Positions 48,818 through 60,701 of a DNA stretch of 64,000 nt are shown here, one piece after another. The DNA is from Bacteroidales bacterium. Its GTDB lineage: Bacteria > Bacteroidota > Bacteroidia > Bacteroidales > UBA10428. Every line of letters starts with the position of its first letter. The stretch's first letter is position 1. The position numbers and the translations under genes are program-made. The notes below the pieces were generated by a model. The model made no database searches. It saw nothing but the letters and a program-made list of their open reading frames with translations, and had not been told where the DNA came from. Where the stretch lies: NCBI GenBank assembly GCA_016928305.1, contig JAFGKY010000004.1:52-64051 (forward strand), in the 5' to 3' direction.

Positions 48818-51800
48818 TTATCTTCCCGGAATCGTGATCTTTGTATGATACCTCCCGTCATCAAACAGAATCTCAAAGAGATACAGGCCACTGTGCAGGT
48901 GGGAAAGATTAACAGGGATTACGGTACCTGCCGTATATGCATGTTCTTTGTTATAATATACGATCTTCCCGTTGACGTTTCTTATGAAAAGCTGGAAATC
49001 ACTATGATAATCCTTTTCCATAGACAAGTTAAAGATACCTTCCTGCGATGGATTGGGATAAATGCTGACCGGATAAACCAGATCTGCTTTTGCTTCAATA
49101 ATTCCGCTGAGCGGTCCATTGGTCAGGGTTAAAGTAAATGTTCCGCTTACTCCTCCATACGAACCGTCAATTTGTACCCAGTAGGTCACTCCGGGTGTCA
49201 GTCCGCTTAATTCTTCTATACAGCCTGAATAATCCTCTTTGGAGGGAAAATCATCATTGGCAGCCAGCATTTCATAATTGCTGTTCAGAATATCATCGCA
49301 AGATGATGCGGAGTATATGGCAATCTGGTTATCGAAGCCATGTGATCCGATGGAAACCAGTCCATTATCGGGCGCAATAAAGGTAAACCACAGGCTGTTG
49401 TCGATACGGTCTTCACCATCGCACCATCCGTCTTGTGTCTGGCAGCCATCCCCGGATGAACCCGGAGGCGGAACCGGTTCAGTTTCTTCCTTTGTTGCAC
49501 AATCGTTGTCAAAGGGTCCGTTAACACCATATTGCAGGGGAATGGCATCGCATACGTTATCGTTTTTGGTAACCATGACGGTTGCATTTCTTTGGGCACT
49601 GCATGTTCCGTGTTGTGCAGTCACCGTATAGATAGTGGTTTCATCCGGAGAAACCGTGAATTTGTTTTCATCCTTGGTTTCCAGTCCCCCGGAAGGTGAA
49701 ACGTCATAACTAAAATTGCCGGTGACATAAACCGATACAGGTATTTGCTGGCATGAGTTAAAAATATTGGGTGAGACCACAAAATCAATTGTTGAACCAA
49801 CCTCCACTACGCTGTTTTTTGTTTCATCATCGTTGCCTGTATCTTTAGTAACAGAAAGTGATATGTTCTTTTTTCCGGTTGTCGTATAGTAAACAGTATG
49901 TGGGCCTTTTGTATCGGCTGTTGCAGGTATGGCATTGGCGCCAAAATTCCATAGGTATCCGGTGGGATTTCCCAGTGAATGATCTTCAACGGTTATTGTC
50001 CCGTTCAAGCATGCATACGTGTTAGAAACTGAAAAATCAGCCCGGATAATATTCGGATCAAAAGCAACGACAGGGGTTTGCCATATCCCCCTTCCATAGG
50101 TAGCTGCCTTAAGTAACGAGGTGGAATAATCAATTTCCAGATCAGTGATGATCACATTGGGCAGGTTCCCGCTATAATCGGTCCATTCGGTTTGCTGTTC
50201 ATCCCTGTAATACACACCAATATCTGTGCCTGCATACAATCCTCCCGGTGAGCCCTTCTGGTATACGATACAATTAACCGGAATATTGGGCAGTCCGCCG
50301 GAGTAATTGGTCCATGAACTGCCACCGTCAGAAGTACCAAATACCTTCATCCCTGCTGTATAGGAGGCGTATGTGATCCATAGCTTGTTGGGATCGGTAG
50401 GTGATACGGCTATTGAAGATATCGGTGAGGATGGCAGTTTGGTTGTGATGTTAATCCAGGTTTTTCCTCCGTCGGTTGATTTAACAATGGTAGAATAAGA
50501 TGAGGCATAGAGATAACGATCGTTGCTGGGAGCAACGGCCAATGCATTGATTTTATTGCCGAGTATGCTAATGGGCATTTCTGTCCAGCTTTTTCCACCG
50601 TTTACAGACTTATAGATATCTTCATAACCAGCGTACAAAATCGTTGGTACATAAGCGTGCATGACAAAAGGAGTAACCCAGGCTCCTTCAGGACTCCCGG
50701 GTGGTGATATGGAATTAAAACTGATGCCTTTGTTTATCGATTTACGCAGATCTCCATTATACATAGTGGCATATATAATATTTTCATCGGTATAATCGGT
50801 AAAACATTCCATACCGTCGCCTCCAACAACTTCGAAGTAGTTCTCGCCATCCATCAGTATAGAACCATTGTCCTGGTTACCTGTTATGATAAGATCCGGA
50901 TCCAATGCCGATAATCCAAACCGGTAGGTTTGTAATATGTTAAGGTCATTGCTAATGTCCTGCCAGCTTTCCCCGCTGTTGTATGTTTTTGAGATTCCTC
51001 CGTCGTTGCCGGAGAATAGGATTTCGCGGTGCGGGCTGTAAACGAGAATATGATGATCGGCATGGACATATTCATTATCATCGTCGTGAAACCAGTTGCA
51101 GTTCAGTGTCCAGTTTGAGCCGCCGTTCATGGAACGCCATACATTTACACCGCCAACATAGATTTCGTTAATATTGCTGGGAGAAACCGCCATTGAAAGA
51201 TCATACCACCCCTGGCCCCCCACATCAGATCCTGTAACAGACCATCCCAACAGGTTGAGCTTGCCATTGCCATAAATTTCTGTCCATGATATCCCGCTGT
51301 TTGTCGATTTATAAAGTGCATAGAAGCCATCGTTTTGGACATCCGAGCATAGCGCGTAAACAACGTCGGGATCGGCGGGTGAAACGGCAAGTTCTATACG
51401 ATTAACCTTTCCGGTTATATTCATTCCGGTCATGCTCAGGTTAAAGGTGGCACCCTGACTGGTTGACTTGTATATTTTAGCGTTTCCGCTACTGCTGTAA
51501 GAAGTTGCATATACCACTGCAGGATTTCCGGGTTTGAATTCCAGGTCTCTGAAGCTGCCGGCCACTACACGTGTATAAGAATTCCAGCCGGTAATCGTCC
51601 GGTAAATCCCATCCGTAGCAGTAGCGATCATAATTTCCGGGGAAGAGGGATACATGAGAATTTTCCTGAATGCATGCGTTTCTGAAACATCCTGAGTAAG
51701 TTTTGTGGCAGTCCATGTTACTCCGCCGTCGGTAGATTTGAGTATACCGATACTGTATGTGTCCATCGCATCACCATCACCGGTGGCAATGTATAGATTA

Positions 51801-52351
51801 TCCGGATTGAGCGGATCGACAGCTATATCCGATATTCCAATGGCAGCCAGCTGGTCACCGGTTGGAATCCAGTGTTTTCCTCCGTCCGTAGTTATCCATA
51901 TTCCGCCCGAAGGAGCTCCAGTCCACATGATGGATGAATCGGTGGGATGAAAGGCAATGCAATTTATCCGTCCGGCACCTCCTATTTTTTTTGAATTAAT
52001 ATCAACGGATACTTCTGACGGACCTAAAAAAGTCCATATCACATCGGCTGTCGACCATAATGATTTTGCATTTTGTTTTTCCTGAATGGCCTGCCATAAT
52101 GTTATCGAAGATAGTTTTCCGGAGGGATGGATTCGGGGTTCCATAAAATATTCCCACCGCTTGAAGGGTTTATAGCCTTTTCCTTTTTCCGGTTCCTTGT
52201 TTTTCCAGTATTCGTTGAATGCCTGCTGGATATCATAAAAAGTAATCGATTCCGTGGATTTTTTACGGGATAGCTCATACATCCATGGTTGACAATATGT
52301 TACAGATATCCCGAACAGGAGCAGGTACAATAATAAAATAAAACTGCGCAT
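48818..52351 (-). CDS. Secreted BNR/Asp-box (VPS10-like) beta-propeller protein with PKD domain and T9SS CTD
   Basis: Many S.DGG.TW Asp-boxes, ATYGRGIW, PKD-like WNFG, Cys-containing domain, YPNP CTD. Confidence 0.85.
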   Translation of the reverse strand: MRSFILLLYLLLFGISVTYCQPWMYELSRKKSTESITFYDIQQAFNEYWKNKEPEKGKGYKPFKRWEYFMEPRIHPSGKLSSITLWQAIQEKQNAKSLWSTADVIWTFLGPSEVSVDINSKKIGGAGRINCIAFHPTDSSIMWTGAPSGGIWITTDGGKHWIPTGDQLAAIGISDIAVDPLNPDNLYIATGDGDAMDTYSIGILKSTDGGVTWTATKLTQDVSETHAFRKILMYPSSPEIMIATATDGIYRTITGWNSYTRVVAGSFRDLEFKPGNPAVVYATSYSSSGNAKIYKSTSQGATFNLSMTGMNITGKVNRIELAVSPADPDVVYALCSDVQNDGFYALYKSTNSGISWTEIYGNGKLNLLGWSVTGSDVGGQGWYDLSMAVSPSNINEIYVGGVNVWRSMNGGSNWTLNCNWFHDDDNEYVHADHHILVYSPHREILFSGNDGGISKTYNSGESWQDISNDLNILQTYRFGLSALDPDLIITGNQDNGSILMDGENYFEVVGGDGMECFTDYTDENIIYATMYNGDLRKSINKGISFNSISPPGSPEGAWVTPFVMHAYVPTILYAGYEDIYKSVNGGKSWTEMPISILGNKINALAVAPSNDRYLYASSYSTIVKSTDGGKTWINITTKLPSSPISSIAVSPTDPNKLWITYASYTAGMKVFGTSDGGSSWTNYSGGLPNIPVNCIVYQKGSPGGLYAGTDIGVYYRDEQQTEWTDYSGNLPNVIITDLEIDYSTSLLKAATYGRGIWQTPVVAFDPNIIRADFSVSNTYACLNGTITVEDHSLGNPTGYLWNFGANAIPATADTKGPHTVYYTTTGKKNISLSVTKDTGNDDETKNSVVEVGSTIDFVVSPNIFNSCQQIPVSVYVTGNFSYDVSPSGGLETKDENKFTVSPDETTIYTVTAQHGTCSAQRNATVMVTKNDNVCDAIPLQYGVNGPFDNDCATKEETEPVPPPGSSGDGCQTQDGWCDGEDRIDNSLWFTFIAPDNGLVSIGSHGFDNQIAIYSASSCDDILNSNYEMLAANDDFPSKEDYSGCIEELSGLTPGVTYWVQIDGSYGGVSGTFTLTLTNGPLSGIIEAKADLVYPVSIYPNPSQEGIFNLSMEKDYHSDFQLFIRNVNGKIVYYNKEHAYTAGTVIPVNLSHLHSGLYLFEILFDDGRYHTKITIPGR

Positions 52352-52387
52352 GGTATGAAACTTAAATTAAATAATTACAGCTATATG

Positions 52388-52455
52388 CAAAGTTATTGAG
52401 ATTTATTTCAACTGTTGCATAAAAACTTATTTACTTTGCAATGTAATTATCTTTG
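52388..52455. promoter_or_regulatory. Divergent -7 boxes for the BNR gene and secA
   Basis: TAACTTTG on minus (52388-52395); TATCTTTG on plus (52448-52455). Confidence 0.55.
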
Positions 52456-52517
52456 TATTCAAAAAGTTTTATAAGGTAAACGAAAAAATAAACATTAAGA
52501 TTCAAAAATAGGTAACA

Positions 52518-55500
52518 ATGGCAATTCAGATCAATACTATACTGAGAAGGTTTTTTGGCAGCAAATCCGAACGGGATATACGGGAGATACTTCCGGTTGT
52601 TGAGAAAATACGTGTAGAATTCGATGCCTTGCAGGGAATAAGCAACGATGCATTGCGTGAAAAAACCCGGGAACTCAGGATCCATGTGAAGGAATCCATA
52701 AAGCCGGCCGAAGACGAAATTACCGCTATCAAAGAAAAGATTGAAAATGAAGATCTTGATATCGAACTGGTGGAAGATCTCTATAAAAAGATCGAAGAGG
52801 TTGAAAAAGATATCATCAAAACACTGGAAAATGTGCTTAATGAAATACTACCTGTTGCTTTTGCCATTGTTAAGGAGACCGCCAGGCGTTTTGTGGAGAA
52901 TGAGTACCTGGAAGCCACGGCCACTGATCATGACAAAAATCTGGCCGCCTCACGGGAAAGTATTAAGATTCATGACGATAAAGTAAGATGGTACAATACA
53001 TGGATTGCCGGAGGTAATCCGATTAAATGGGATATGGTACATTACGATGTGCAATTGATCGGTGGTGTTGTCCTGCATGAGGGTAAAATATCAGAAATGG
53101 CTACCGGTGAAGGGAAAACGCTTGTAGCTACGCTCCCCGTTTTTCTTAATGCTATGGCAGGAAGAGGTGTACACATCGTCACCGTGAACGATTACCTGTC
53201 AAAGCGCGATTCAGAATGGATGGGGCCTGTTTATGAGTTTCATGGTTTGGTGGTGGATTGTATTGACAAACACCAGCCTAATTCAGAAGCAAGACGGAAA
53301 GCTTATCTGGCTGACATTACTTACGGAACCAATAACGAATTCGGATTTGATTACCTGCGGGATAATATGGCTATTAGTCCGCACGATCTGGTGCAGCGGA
53401 AACATCATTATGCCATCGTTGATGAGGTGGATTCCGTGCTTATCGATGATGCACGAACTCCACTGATCATCTCCGGCCCTGTGCCCCGCGGTGAAAATCA
53501 GGAGTTTGAAGAACTTAAACCCCGCGTGGAAAAGCTGGTAAATGCACAACGCAATCTTGTCAATTCCATCCTGGCTGAAGCTAAAAAACTAATCGGTGAA
53601 GAAAAATTTGAGGAAGGTGGTTTCAAATTATTGCAAGCCTTTAAAGGTTTGCCAAAGAATAAAGCTTTGATCAAATTCCTGAGTGAACAGGGTAATAAAG
53701 CGTTGCTCCTGAAAACTGAGAATTTTTATATGCAGGAGAACAGTAAAAATATGTTCAAGGTCACAGATGAACTTTATTTTGTCATTGAAGAAAAGCTTAA
53801 TTCAGTTGAAATGACGGAAAAAGGTATTGATATGATGACCACCTCCGCGGAAGATGCTAATTTCTTTATAATGCCCGACATCGGATCGGAAATTGCGGAA
53901 CTCGAAAAATCAGGGCTGTCCATAGAGGAAAAACTGACACGCAAGGATAAACTATTGCAGGATTATGCTACAAAATCAGACCGGATTCATACAATTAACC
54001 AGCTTTTGAAGGCTTATGCCATGTTTGAGAAAGATGTGGAGTATGTAGTGATCGATAATAAGGTTAAGATTGTGGATGAACAGACGGGACGTATCCTTGA
54101 GGGTCGCAGGTATTCAGACGGATTACACCAGGCCATAGAGGCAAAGGAAAAGGTCAAAGTGGAAGCCGCCACACAGACATTTGCGACAATAACCCTTCAG
54201 AACTATTTCAGGATGTACCATAAACTGGCGGGTATGACCGGAACGGCTGAAACAGAAGCTGCTGAATTCTGGAATATTTATAAACTCGATGTGGTAACGA
54301 TTCCAACTCATCGCAAAGTCGTACGGGATGACCGTGAGGATCTGATCTATAAAACGAAACGTGAAAAATATAATGCGGTCATAGACGAAATCGTAAATCT
54401 CAATAATCAGGGCAGACCATCGCTGGTAGGTACAACTTCCGTTGAAATATCGGAGCTTTTAAGCAGAATGCTGAAAATGAAAGGATTGAAGCATAATGTA
54501 TTAAATGCCAAATTGCATCAGCGTGAAGCAGAAATTGTAGCCGAAGCCGGCAAAAGCGGTACCATTACTATTGCTACCAACATGGCTGGTCGTGGTACAG
54601 ATATTAAACTGACCACTGAAACACGGGGTGCCGGAGGTTTGGCAATTTTAGGTACCGAAAGGCATGAATCAAGGCGAGTAGACAGGCAGTTACGTGGTCG
54701 TTCAGGAAGACAGGGCGATCCGGGCAGTTCCCAGTTTTATGTTTCTCTCGAGGATGATCTTATGCGGTTGTTCGGCTCAGAACGGATTGCCGGTGTGATG
54801 GACAGGATGGGACTAAAAGAAGGTGAGGTCATTCAGCATGCATGGATTACCAAATCCATTGAAAGAGCGCAAAAAAAAGTTGAAGAGAACAACTTTGGTA
54901 TTCGCAAAAGGCTACTTGAATATGACGATGTGATGAACTCGCAGCGTGAGGTCATCTATACCAAACGGCGTAATGCATTGTTCGGAGAGAAAATACAGGT
55001 TGACGTGGCTAACATGATGTACGATGCTTGTGAAAGCCTGTCAAACCAGTTTCACGGTCAGGTTGGTTTTGAAGAATTCCGCTTTGAGGTCTTCCGTACA
55101 CTGTTTATCGAGCCCGGGTTTTCCGCCAGTGAATACCTGAAGTTTTCGGAGCGTGAAATTACGGAAAGCCTCTATCATTCCATAAGGGAAGCTTATAAAC
55201 GTAAGCAGGAAGCTATTGCCAAACAGGCTTTCCCGGTTATAAAAGATGTATATGAGAAGCAGGGCAAATTATATGAAAACATTGTTGTCCCCATCACAGA
55301 TGGTGTACGTGTTTACCATATTCTTACCAACCTCGAGAAAGCTTATAAGACGCATGCTGAAGATCTTATGCGTTCGTATGAGAAGAGCATTGTGCTTGCC
55401 ATTATTGATGAATCATGGAAAGAACATTTGCGTGAACTGGATGACCTCAGGCAATCGGTACAGACTGCTACCTACGAACAAAAGGATCCGCTTCTCATTT

Positions 55501-55838
55501 ATAAATTTGAGTCGTTTGAACTGTTCCGCACCATGATTGATATAGTAAACAAGCAGGTGGTGGGCGTTTTGCTGAAAGGCCAGATACCCATTCAGGATTC
55601 ATCCGGCGTTCAGCGTGGTCAGGCTCCAAAACGAACCGATTACAGCCAAATGGAGGCTAACAAGAGTGAATACAAGCCCAATGCTCCTGATGGAGGTTTG
55701 CCCGGAAAAAGAGGCGACGAGAAAGTCCAACCTGTGAGGGTTGAAAAGAAGGTGGGACGGAATGAGCTTTGCCCATGCGGCAGCGGAAAAAAATACAAAC
55801 ATTGCCATGGTGCGCAAAGCATGGCGGCGAGAATATAG
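52518..55838 (+). CDS. secA: Preprotein translocase ATPase SecA
   Basis: [44 protein letters not shown] motif [14 protein letters not shown]. Confidence 0.98.
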   Translation: MAIQINTILRRFFGSKSERDIREILPVVEKIRVEFDALQGISNDALREKTRELRIHVKESIKPAEDEITAIKEKIENEDLDIELVEDLYKKIEEVEKDIIKTLENVLNEILPVAFAIVKETARRFVENEYLEATATDHDKNLAASRESIKIHDDKVRWYNTWIAGGNPIKWDMVHYDVQLIGGVVLHEGKISEMATGEGKTLVATLPVFLNAMAGRGVHIVTVNDYLSKRDSEWMGPVYEFHGLVVDCIDKHQPNSEARRKAYLADITYGTNNEFGFDYLRDNMAISPHDLVQRKHHYAIVDEVDSVLIDDARTPLIISGPVPRGENQEFEELKPRVEKLVNAQRNLVNSILAEAKKLIGEEKFEEGGFKLLQAFKGLPKNKALIKFLSEQGNKALLLKTENFYMQENSKNMFKVTDELYFVIEEKLNSVEMTEKGIDMMTTSAEDANFFIMPDIGSEIAELEKSGLSIEEKLTRKDKLLQDYATKSDRIHTINQLLKAYAMFEKDVEYVVIDNKVKIVDEQTGRILEGRRYSDGLHQAIEAKEKVKVEAATQTFATITLQNYFRMYHKLAGMTGTAETEAAEFWNIYKLDVVTIPTHRKVVRDDREDLIYKTKREKYNAVIDEIVNLNNQGRPSLVGTTSVEISELLSRMLKMKGLKHNVLNAKLHQREAEIVAEAGKSGTITIATNMAGRGTDIKLTTETRGAGGLAILGTERHESRRVDRQLRGRSGRQGDPGSSQFYVSLEDDLMRLFGSERIAGVMDRMGLKEGEVIQHAWITKSIERAQKKVEENNFGIRKRLLEYDDVMNSQREVIYTKRRNALFGEKIQVDVANMMYDACESLSNQFHGQVGFEEFRFEVFRTLFIEPGFSASEYLKFSEREITESLYHSIREAYKRKQEAIAKQAFPVIKDVYEKQGKLYENIVVPITDGVRVYHILTNLEKAYKTHAEDLMRSYEKSIVLAIIDESWKEHLRELDDLRQSVQTATYEQKDPLLIYKFESFELFRTMIDIVNKQVVGVLLKGQIPIQDSSGVQRGQAPKRTDYSQMEANKSEYKPNAPDGGLPGKRGDEKVQPVRVEKKVGRNELCPCGSGKKYKHCHGAQSMAARI

Positions 55839-56006
55839 AATGCGGTGAACAGTAAGTGGTAATCGGGAAGAAGACCCTGACAGTGGTGTGTGCCGGCTAT
55901 ATGGGTGGTAACCCTGGCAGTGGTCGGATAAGTGATAGTAAAACCATCTGTAGTACTTTCCGAAAATATCATAAACTGATTCCTCAACCCTGCTAACTTC
56001 TCTTCC

Positions 56007-56891
56007 CTATTTCATCTTCTTCGCCAGTGCATCAAGCTTTGCATACAGCTTTTCACTTACCGGTGCAAGCGGAAGCCTCACGTTGTTGCGTGCAATTTTA
56101 AGAATCTCGAGAAGTGCTTTGATCCCTGCCGGACTTCCTTCTTCAAACAAAGCGTTGATTATATCCAGCAATTTATAATGCACCATATTTGCCTTTGACA
56201 GATCACCCTTTAGTGCCAGGTTCACCATGGTCGAGAACTCCTTGGGAAAAGCATTGGCTACAACCGATATAACACCGTTTGCACCGATCGCTATCATAGG
56301 AAGTGTGATCGCATCATCACCTGAAATTACCTGAAAATCTTTTGGCTTTCGTTTTATAATCTGCATGATCTGAGTAAAATTGCCGGATGCTTCTTTAATA
56401 GCAACAATATTCTGGAATTCAGCAGCGAGCTTTATAGTGGTATCTGCAGCAATATTCGAGCCAGTCCGGCCGGGCACGTTGTATAGGATAACCGGAACAG
56501 GACTTGCGGTGGCAATCGCTTTATAATGTAAATATATCCCCGTCTGAGAGGGTTTATTATAATAGGGTGAAACCGAAAGGATAGCATCAATATTATCATA
56601 TTCAGTTGCACTAATAGTGCTTAGTATTTCCTGGGTGTTGTTGCCTCCAATACCCAGCACTACACGTATACGTTGATCAACGATATCATTAACAAAATTG
56701 ATCACAGCTTTCTTTTCATCTTTGGATAGCGTTACCGATTCACCGGTTGTGCCCAGCACAACCACATAATCAACTCCGCCACTGATAATGTGTTCAAGGA
56801 TCTTTTCAAGGGACTTGAAATCAATGCTGCTGTCATTCCTGAAAGGAGTGACAATAGCAACACCTGTACCGGTAAAAGGCTTTAGTGACAT
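56007..56891 (-). CDS. dapA: 4-hydroxy-tetrahydrodipicolinate synthase
   Basis: GTTGES, PYYNKP, LYNVPGRTG, IKEASG, SGDD. Confidence 0.96.
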   Translation of the reverse strand: MSLKPFTGTGVAIVTPFRNDSSIDFKSLEKILEHIISGGVDYVVVLGTTGESVTLSKDEKKAVINFVNDIVDQRIRVVLGIGGNNTQEILSTISATEYDNIDAILSVSPYYNKPSQTGIYLHYKAIATASPVPVILYNVPGRTGSNIAADTTIKLAAEFQNIVAIKEASGNFTQIMQIIKRKPKDFQVISGDDAITLPMIAIGANGVISVVANAFPKEFSTMVNLALKGDLSKANMVHYKLLDIINALFEEGSPAGIKALLEILKIARNNVRLPLAPVSEKLYAKLDALAKKMK

Positions 56892-56894
56892 ATC

Positions 56895-57545
56895 TTAGTT
56901 TTTTTTAAGGATGGAAAGATAGTGAACAATTTGGTTGATCAGAAAACTAAGCTGCAATTCCGTTTGTGTTTTCTTTTCTATTTCTTTTTCAATTTCATCC
57001 GGCGTTGATTGATCCTTGTGATCCTTTATGATCTCTTCATGAAGCTTTTTCATCTGCTCATTTTCTTTATCCATGTCGATCATCAAATCAAGGTATTTTT
57101 CGCCGGGTGAGTATTTCCCAACTTTGAATGAAGCGAGAGAAAGTGCAACAATATATTGAATCGGATAATAAGGTTCAAGGCTAAGATTGATTAATATGTC
57201 GAAAGGCTTTTTAATAAAAGCGTCCGTTACTGCTGACACAGGTCTATAATACCAGTTGAGGTCATTCCGTGAAAAAAAATCAAAACCTTTCCTGTACAAA
57301 TAATGATCGATCAACTTTTTGCTGTTCACATATCCCAGAATACTGATATGGGGTGTATGTTGAGTAAGTTTTTTGGCAAAATCCTTAATGATTTCAAAAC
57401 TGACAAACTCCGTAGCATTATATATTATTCCTATGTTCTGAGCATATTTTAAACTGCAAACAGAAACAATCCGTTGTTGATTTTTTAGTTTTCTTTCAAG
57501 TATCCGGACACCAAGTTTGTCTTTTATTCTTTCAGCAAATTTCAT
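56895..57545 (-). CDS. Conserved Bacteroidota hypothetical protein (DUF6913-like)
   Basis: FDILINL...A.FKVG...DLMI pattern; directly upstream of dapA. Confidence 0.65.
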   Translation of the reverse strand: MKFAERIKDKLGVRILERKLKNQQRIVSVCSLKYAQNIGIIYNATEFVSFEIIKDFAKKLTQHTPHISILGYVNSKKLIDHYLYRKGFDFFSRNDLNWYYRPVSAVTDAFIKKPFDILINLSLEPYYPIQYIVALSLASFKVGKYSPGEKYLDLMIDMDKENEQMKKLHEEIIKDHKDQSTPDEIEKEIEKKTQTELQLSFLINQIVHYLSILKKN

Positions 57546-57712
57546 CCTACAATGTTATAAAAATATGCTGATTAAATAAAAAGATGACCAAGGATTTCAT
57601 TTCCATGACGAAATTTTTTTATAGATGAATCTATACCTTTTTCTGTTAACGCCCTTACCCTTGACCCCTAACCCCTAACTAGCCATTAACAATTAACCAC
57701 TAATACCTTCAT

Positions 57713-58630
57713 TCATTTTTCAATGAAAACCCGGCCTGCGAATAGCAATGCCGGTACAAGCGCTGCCTTCCAGTATGCTCTTTCATGACCTCCTGATCGT
57801 ATGTGGAATTCGTGGGGTATTTTATGGGTAATGAGCAAATCATGCAGGGCTTCATTTCCCGGTAATAAATAATCCGAAAGCCCGCAGTCAAAATACCAGC
57901 TGATGGTTCTGAGTGAATCCGGGTGCCGGCTGACCATGTAAATCGGATTGTTCTCAATCCAATGGTGAGTTAGTTGTTTGTATTGTTGAATGCTGTCACC
58001 AAAAATCGGACTGAAGTTTTGGCTATACTTGTCAGCCTTTTCGTTGATGATCATGCTATCGGTACGTACAGCTGCACTTAAGGCTATGGCTGCCGAAAAA
58101 TACCCCGGATACCGGATACAGTATATCAAAGTTCCAAATCCTCCCATGGAAAGACCTCCGATTATCCTGAACGGTTTACCTTTTTTTGTTCTGTACATAC
58201 TATCAATAAAAGGAATAAATTCCTGAATAAAAACTGACTCATACGGAAAATCATTACGAACATCGTTGATATAATATGATCTTCGGCCGTCAGGCATAAC
58301 AATGATTATGGAAGGGATCGCACCATCGGCAATCAGGCTGTCGGTTACCCGGTGAACGGAAAAATCCTCTATCCAGCTGTTCTCATTACCTCCCAGTCCA
58401 TGCAATAGAAATAAGACCGGGAAACCGTCCGGTGAAGTACTGTAATCCGGTGGAAGGTATATTGTGTAGTTTATTTCTTCTCCAGCTGCCATACTGTAAA
58501 AGGAAAGACTATGCTGTACCATCCCTTTTATTTCTCTATCGACACTCTCAAGCGACTGTGGACAAACAGTTGCAGAATGGGCGATAAGGCTTGATATGAA
58601 AATAAATGCAACCGGAAAACGTTTTATCAT
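57713..58630 (-). CDS. Secreted alpha/beta-hydrolase esterase (CE1-like)
   Basis: YLPPDY, LLHGLGG, GLSMGG nucleophile elbow, DCG..D, GGH. Confidence 0.88.
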   Translation of the reverse strand: MIKRFPVAFIFISSLIAHSATVCPQSLESVDREIKGMVQHSLSFYSMAAGEEINYTIYLPPDYSTSPDGFPVLFLLHGLGGNENSWIEDFSVHRVTDSLIADGAIPSIIIVMPDGRRSYYINDVRNDFPYESVFIQEFIPFIDSMYRTKKGKPFRIIGGLSMGGFGTLIYCIRYPGYFSAAIALSAAVRTDSMIINEKADKYSQNFSPIFGDSIQQYKQLTHHWIENNPIYMVSRHPDSLRTISWYFDCGLSDYLLPGNEALHDLLITHKIPHEFHIRSGGHERAYWKAALVPALLFAGRVFIEK

Positions 58631-58801
58631 TGAAATAAGGAATTGCAGTTTTTGAATGATAAAACCCCTAAGGATTTTTCAAAATTCCGTTCAGAGTTAA
58701 CAGTTATCGAATTTAGTAATTATTATGCATATGAAACAAATACGACTAGCATGGAAAAGGATAGAATCATTTTTCCTGACTGACTTATTACTTGTCACTT
58801 G

Positions 58802-59974
58802 TCACTTCTTCCTTACCATTCCAACCAACAGACCGATCAACAGGAGCACAACAAAAGCCCCTGAAACAATAACCGGCCCTTTATTAACCTTCTTTGATTC
58901 AACCATCAGTGTATAGTCTTTTTCGTAAAAGTCATCGGATTCAATATACCATGAAACTGTATTCCCATTAATTGTTGTGGAATTGGTTGAAATGATCACA
59001 CCCGGCATTATTGCCAGGTTTGTATATGTGTCTCCGATATCCCACCAGCCAATACCCAGTTTCTTGTTTATACTGTCAAAGCCGCTATGGTTTGCCTGAT
59101 AAAGAGTTGCAGTGTCAACCTGGTAGAATCTTGATGCCAGCAACAGTGGAAAGTCACAGGAGTCAGAGAACCATAATGGTTCATCGTTAGCATTATCAGT
59201 AAAAAATGCAAAAAGACTATCACGTGTCTTTTCCGCTTCCGGTAGTTTCATAATGCCGATTTTTTCAAGAGCCTTTTTCAGCATATCAAAGTATTCTTCG
59301 AAAAAATTAATATTCATCCATTCAAAGTACTTTTTTTCAAGTGCCTCTTTTATCTCTGCCATTCTGTTACTGTCAGCTTTCGATAAGGCATGCCTTACCA
59401 GTGTATCCTTTTTCAGCATCAACCGGTCGGATTCAGCTGAATAATATATTTCATCATCATCGGCATGGATCAGTTCAAGTTCTTCATCCGTCAAGTAATC
59501 GTTCACGGATTTCCGTGTGAAAGGAAATATTTGTTTATAGGTCTCGGTATACCGGTAAAATGTATGGAACCACCGGAATCTTTTCTCTACCTTAATATTT
59601 CTTGATACATGATTATCCCCGGCTGAATCCCAATTGATCTCTTTGTTCAGCTCGTCTGAGTTACAAAACATTTTACGGGCTCTGTAGTAATATATGGTGT
59701 CGTTGGTCGAATCGTTGATTGATCTTTCCTCCAAACCGGTAACTATTTCCCACGTGGAATCAGCCGGTACAGGAAGTGAACCGGCTAAAACCGAAGACGG
59801 ATCTCCTTTTACCAGCGTCGAGTCGCCTCCTTCCACCAGCATGGTTCTTTCGATGGAACCATCGGGCAATATCCGGGTTGTTATGATATATTTAAGGTAT
59901 TCCTTACATCCCGTTGCCAGAGTAATTAACAGCATCAGGCTGAACAGATGATGAATTGTTTTGATCTTTTTCAT
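58802..59974 (-). CDS. Hypothetical lipoprotein with C-terminal TM helix
   Basis: Lipobox-like LATGC; C-terminal hydrophobic segment followed by RKK. Confidence 0.7.
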   Translation of the reverse strand: MKKIKTIHHLFSLMLLITLATGCKEYLKYIITTRILPDGSIERTMLVEGGDSTLVKGDPSSVLAGSLPVPADSTWEIVTGLEERSINDSTNDTIYYYRARKMFCNSDELNKEINWDSAGDNHVSRNIKVEKRFRWFHTFYRYTETYKQIFPFTRKSVNDYLTDEELELIHADDDEIYYSAESDRLMLKKDTLVRHALSKADSNRMAEIKEALEKKYFEWMNINFFEEYFDMLKKALEKIGIMKLPEAEKTRDSLFAFFTDNANDEPLWFSDSCDFPLLLASRFYQVDTATLYQANHSGFDSINKKLGIGWWDIGDTYTNLAIMPGVIISTNSTTINGNTVSWYIESDDFYEKDYTLMVESKKVNKGPVIVSGAFVVLLLIGLLVGMVRKK

Positions 59975-60022
59975 GGTATGATGTTTTTACTAAATCCTAC
60001 CGTTGTAATAAACATGTCGGAT

Positions 60023-60700
60023 TTATTTGTTTTCCATTTTATACGTTATTATCAGATCTTGTAATGAATGATTATCCCGGGTGACAAGCTTTTCCAGTGA
60101 TCCGTACTGGCGATTGCACAGCAGCGACATATACAGGTTCAATTTTTCAGGATTTTTGGTGAAATACTGTTGCAGGTTTATATTCATTTCTCCCTGACCT
60201 GCTTTGATCTTCGACAGATAACGGGCTGACCTTTGCAGACAGTCTTTCATATCTTTGCTTTCCGCTGTCATTAATCCGGATTTTCCTGCTGCTGCAAGCT
60301 GTTTTTCCATGGTTGTGATACGTGAAAATATATAAAACTGCTGATAGCTGAAGGTTGCAATTAAGAGGACCGTAAAGGCTATAATAATACGCCGTGTAAC
60401 AGGCAAGAACAGCAGGTTTATAAGCATATCCCATCGGTTGGTGATACTAATTTCAGCGTGCTTGCCTTCAAATTGAGCAATGGTATTGAGAATACGATCG
60501 GTAAGGTTTTCCGCATTATCCGGTGCAATAAGTTGAAAACGAATTTGCGCAGCAATCCGGTCATTTTGCCTATAGGCACGATAGAGTCTGCTGCATGATT
60601 CACATTTTGCAAGATGATCCCGGAGCCTTTGCTGAATTTTAACATCCAGTTCCCCATCCCGGTGAAGAGCAATCAACCTATGAGCTTTTTTGCATTTCAT
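60023..60700 (-). CDS. Zinc-finger (zf-HC2) anti-sigma factor
   Basis: C...HLAKCESC and one TM segment; directly after the ECF sigma gene. Confidence 0.85.
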   Translation of the reverse strand: MKCKKAHRLIALHRDGELDVKIQQRLRDHLAKCESCSRLYRAYRQNDRIAAQIRFQLIAPDNAENLTDRILNTIAQFEGKHAEISITNRWDMLINLLFLPVTRRIIIAFTVLLIATFSYQQFYIFSRITTMEKQLAAAGKSGLMTAESKDMKDCLQRSARYLSKIKAGQGEMNINLQQYFTKNPEKLNLYMSLLCNRQYGSLEKLVTRDNHSLQDLIITYKMENK

Positions 60701-60701
60701 T

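Noticed and set aside
55839-56006. Possible ncRNA between secA and dapA
   Set aside because: Only degenerate CAGTGG-type repeats; no recognisable RNA family or convincing fold.
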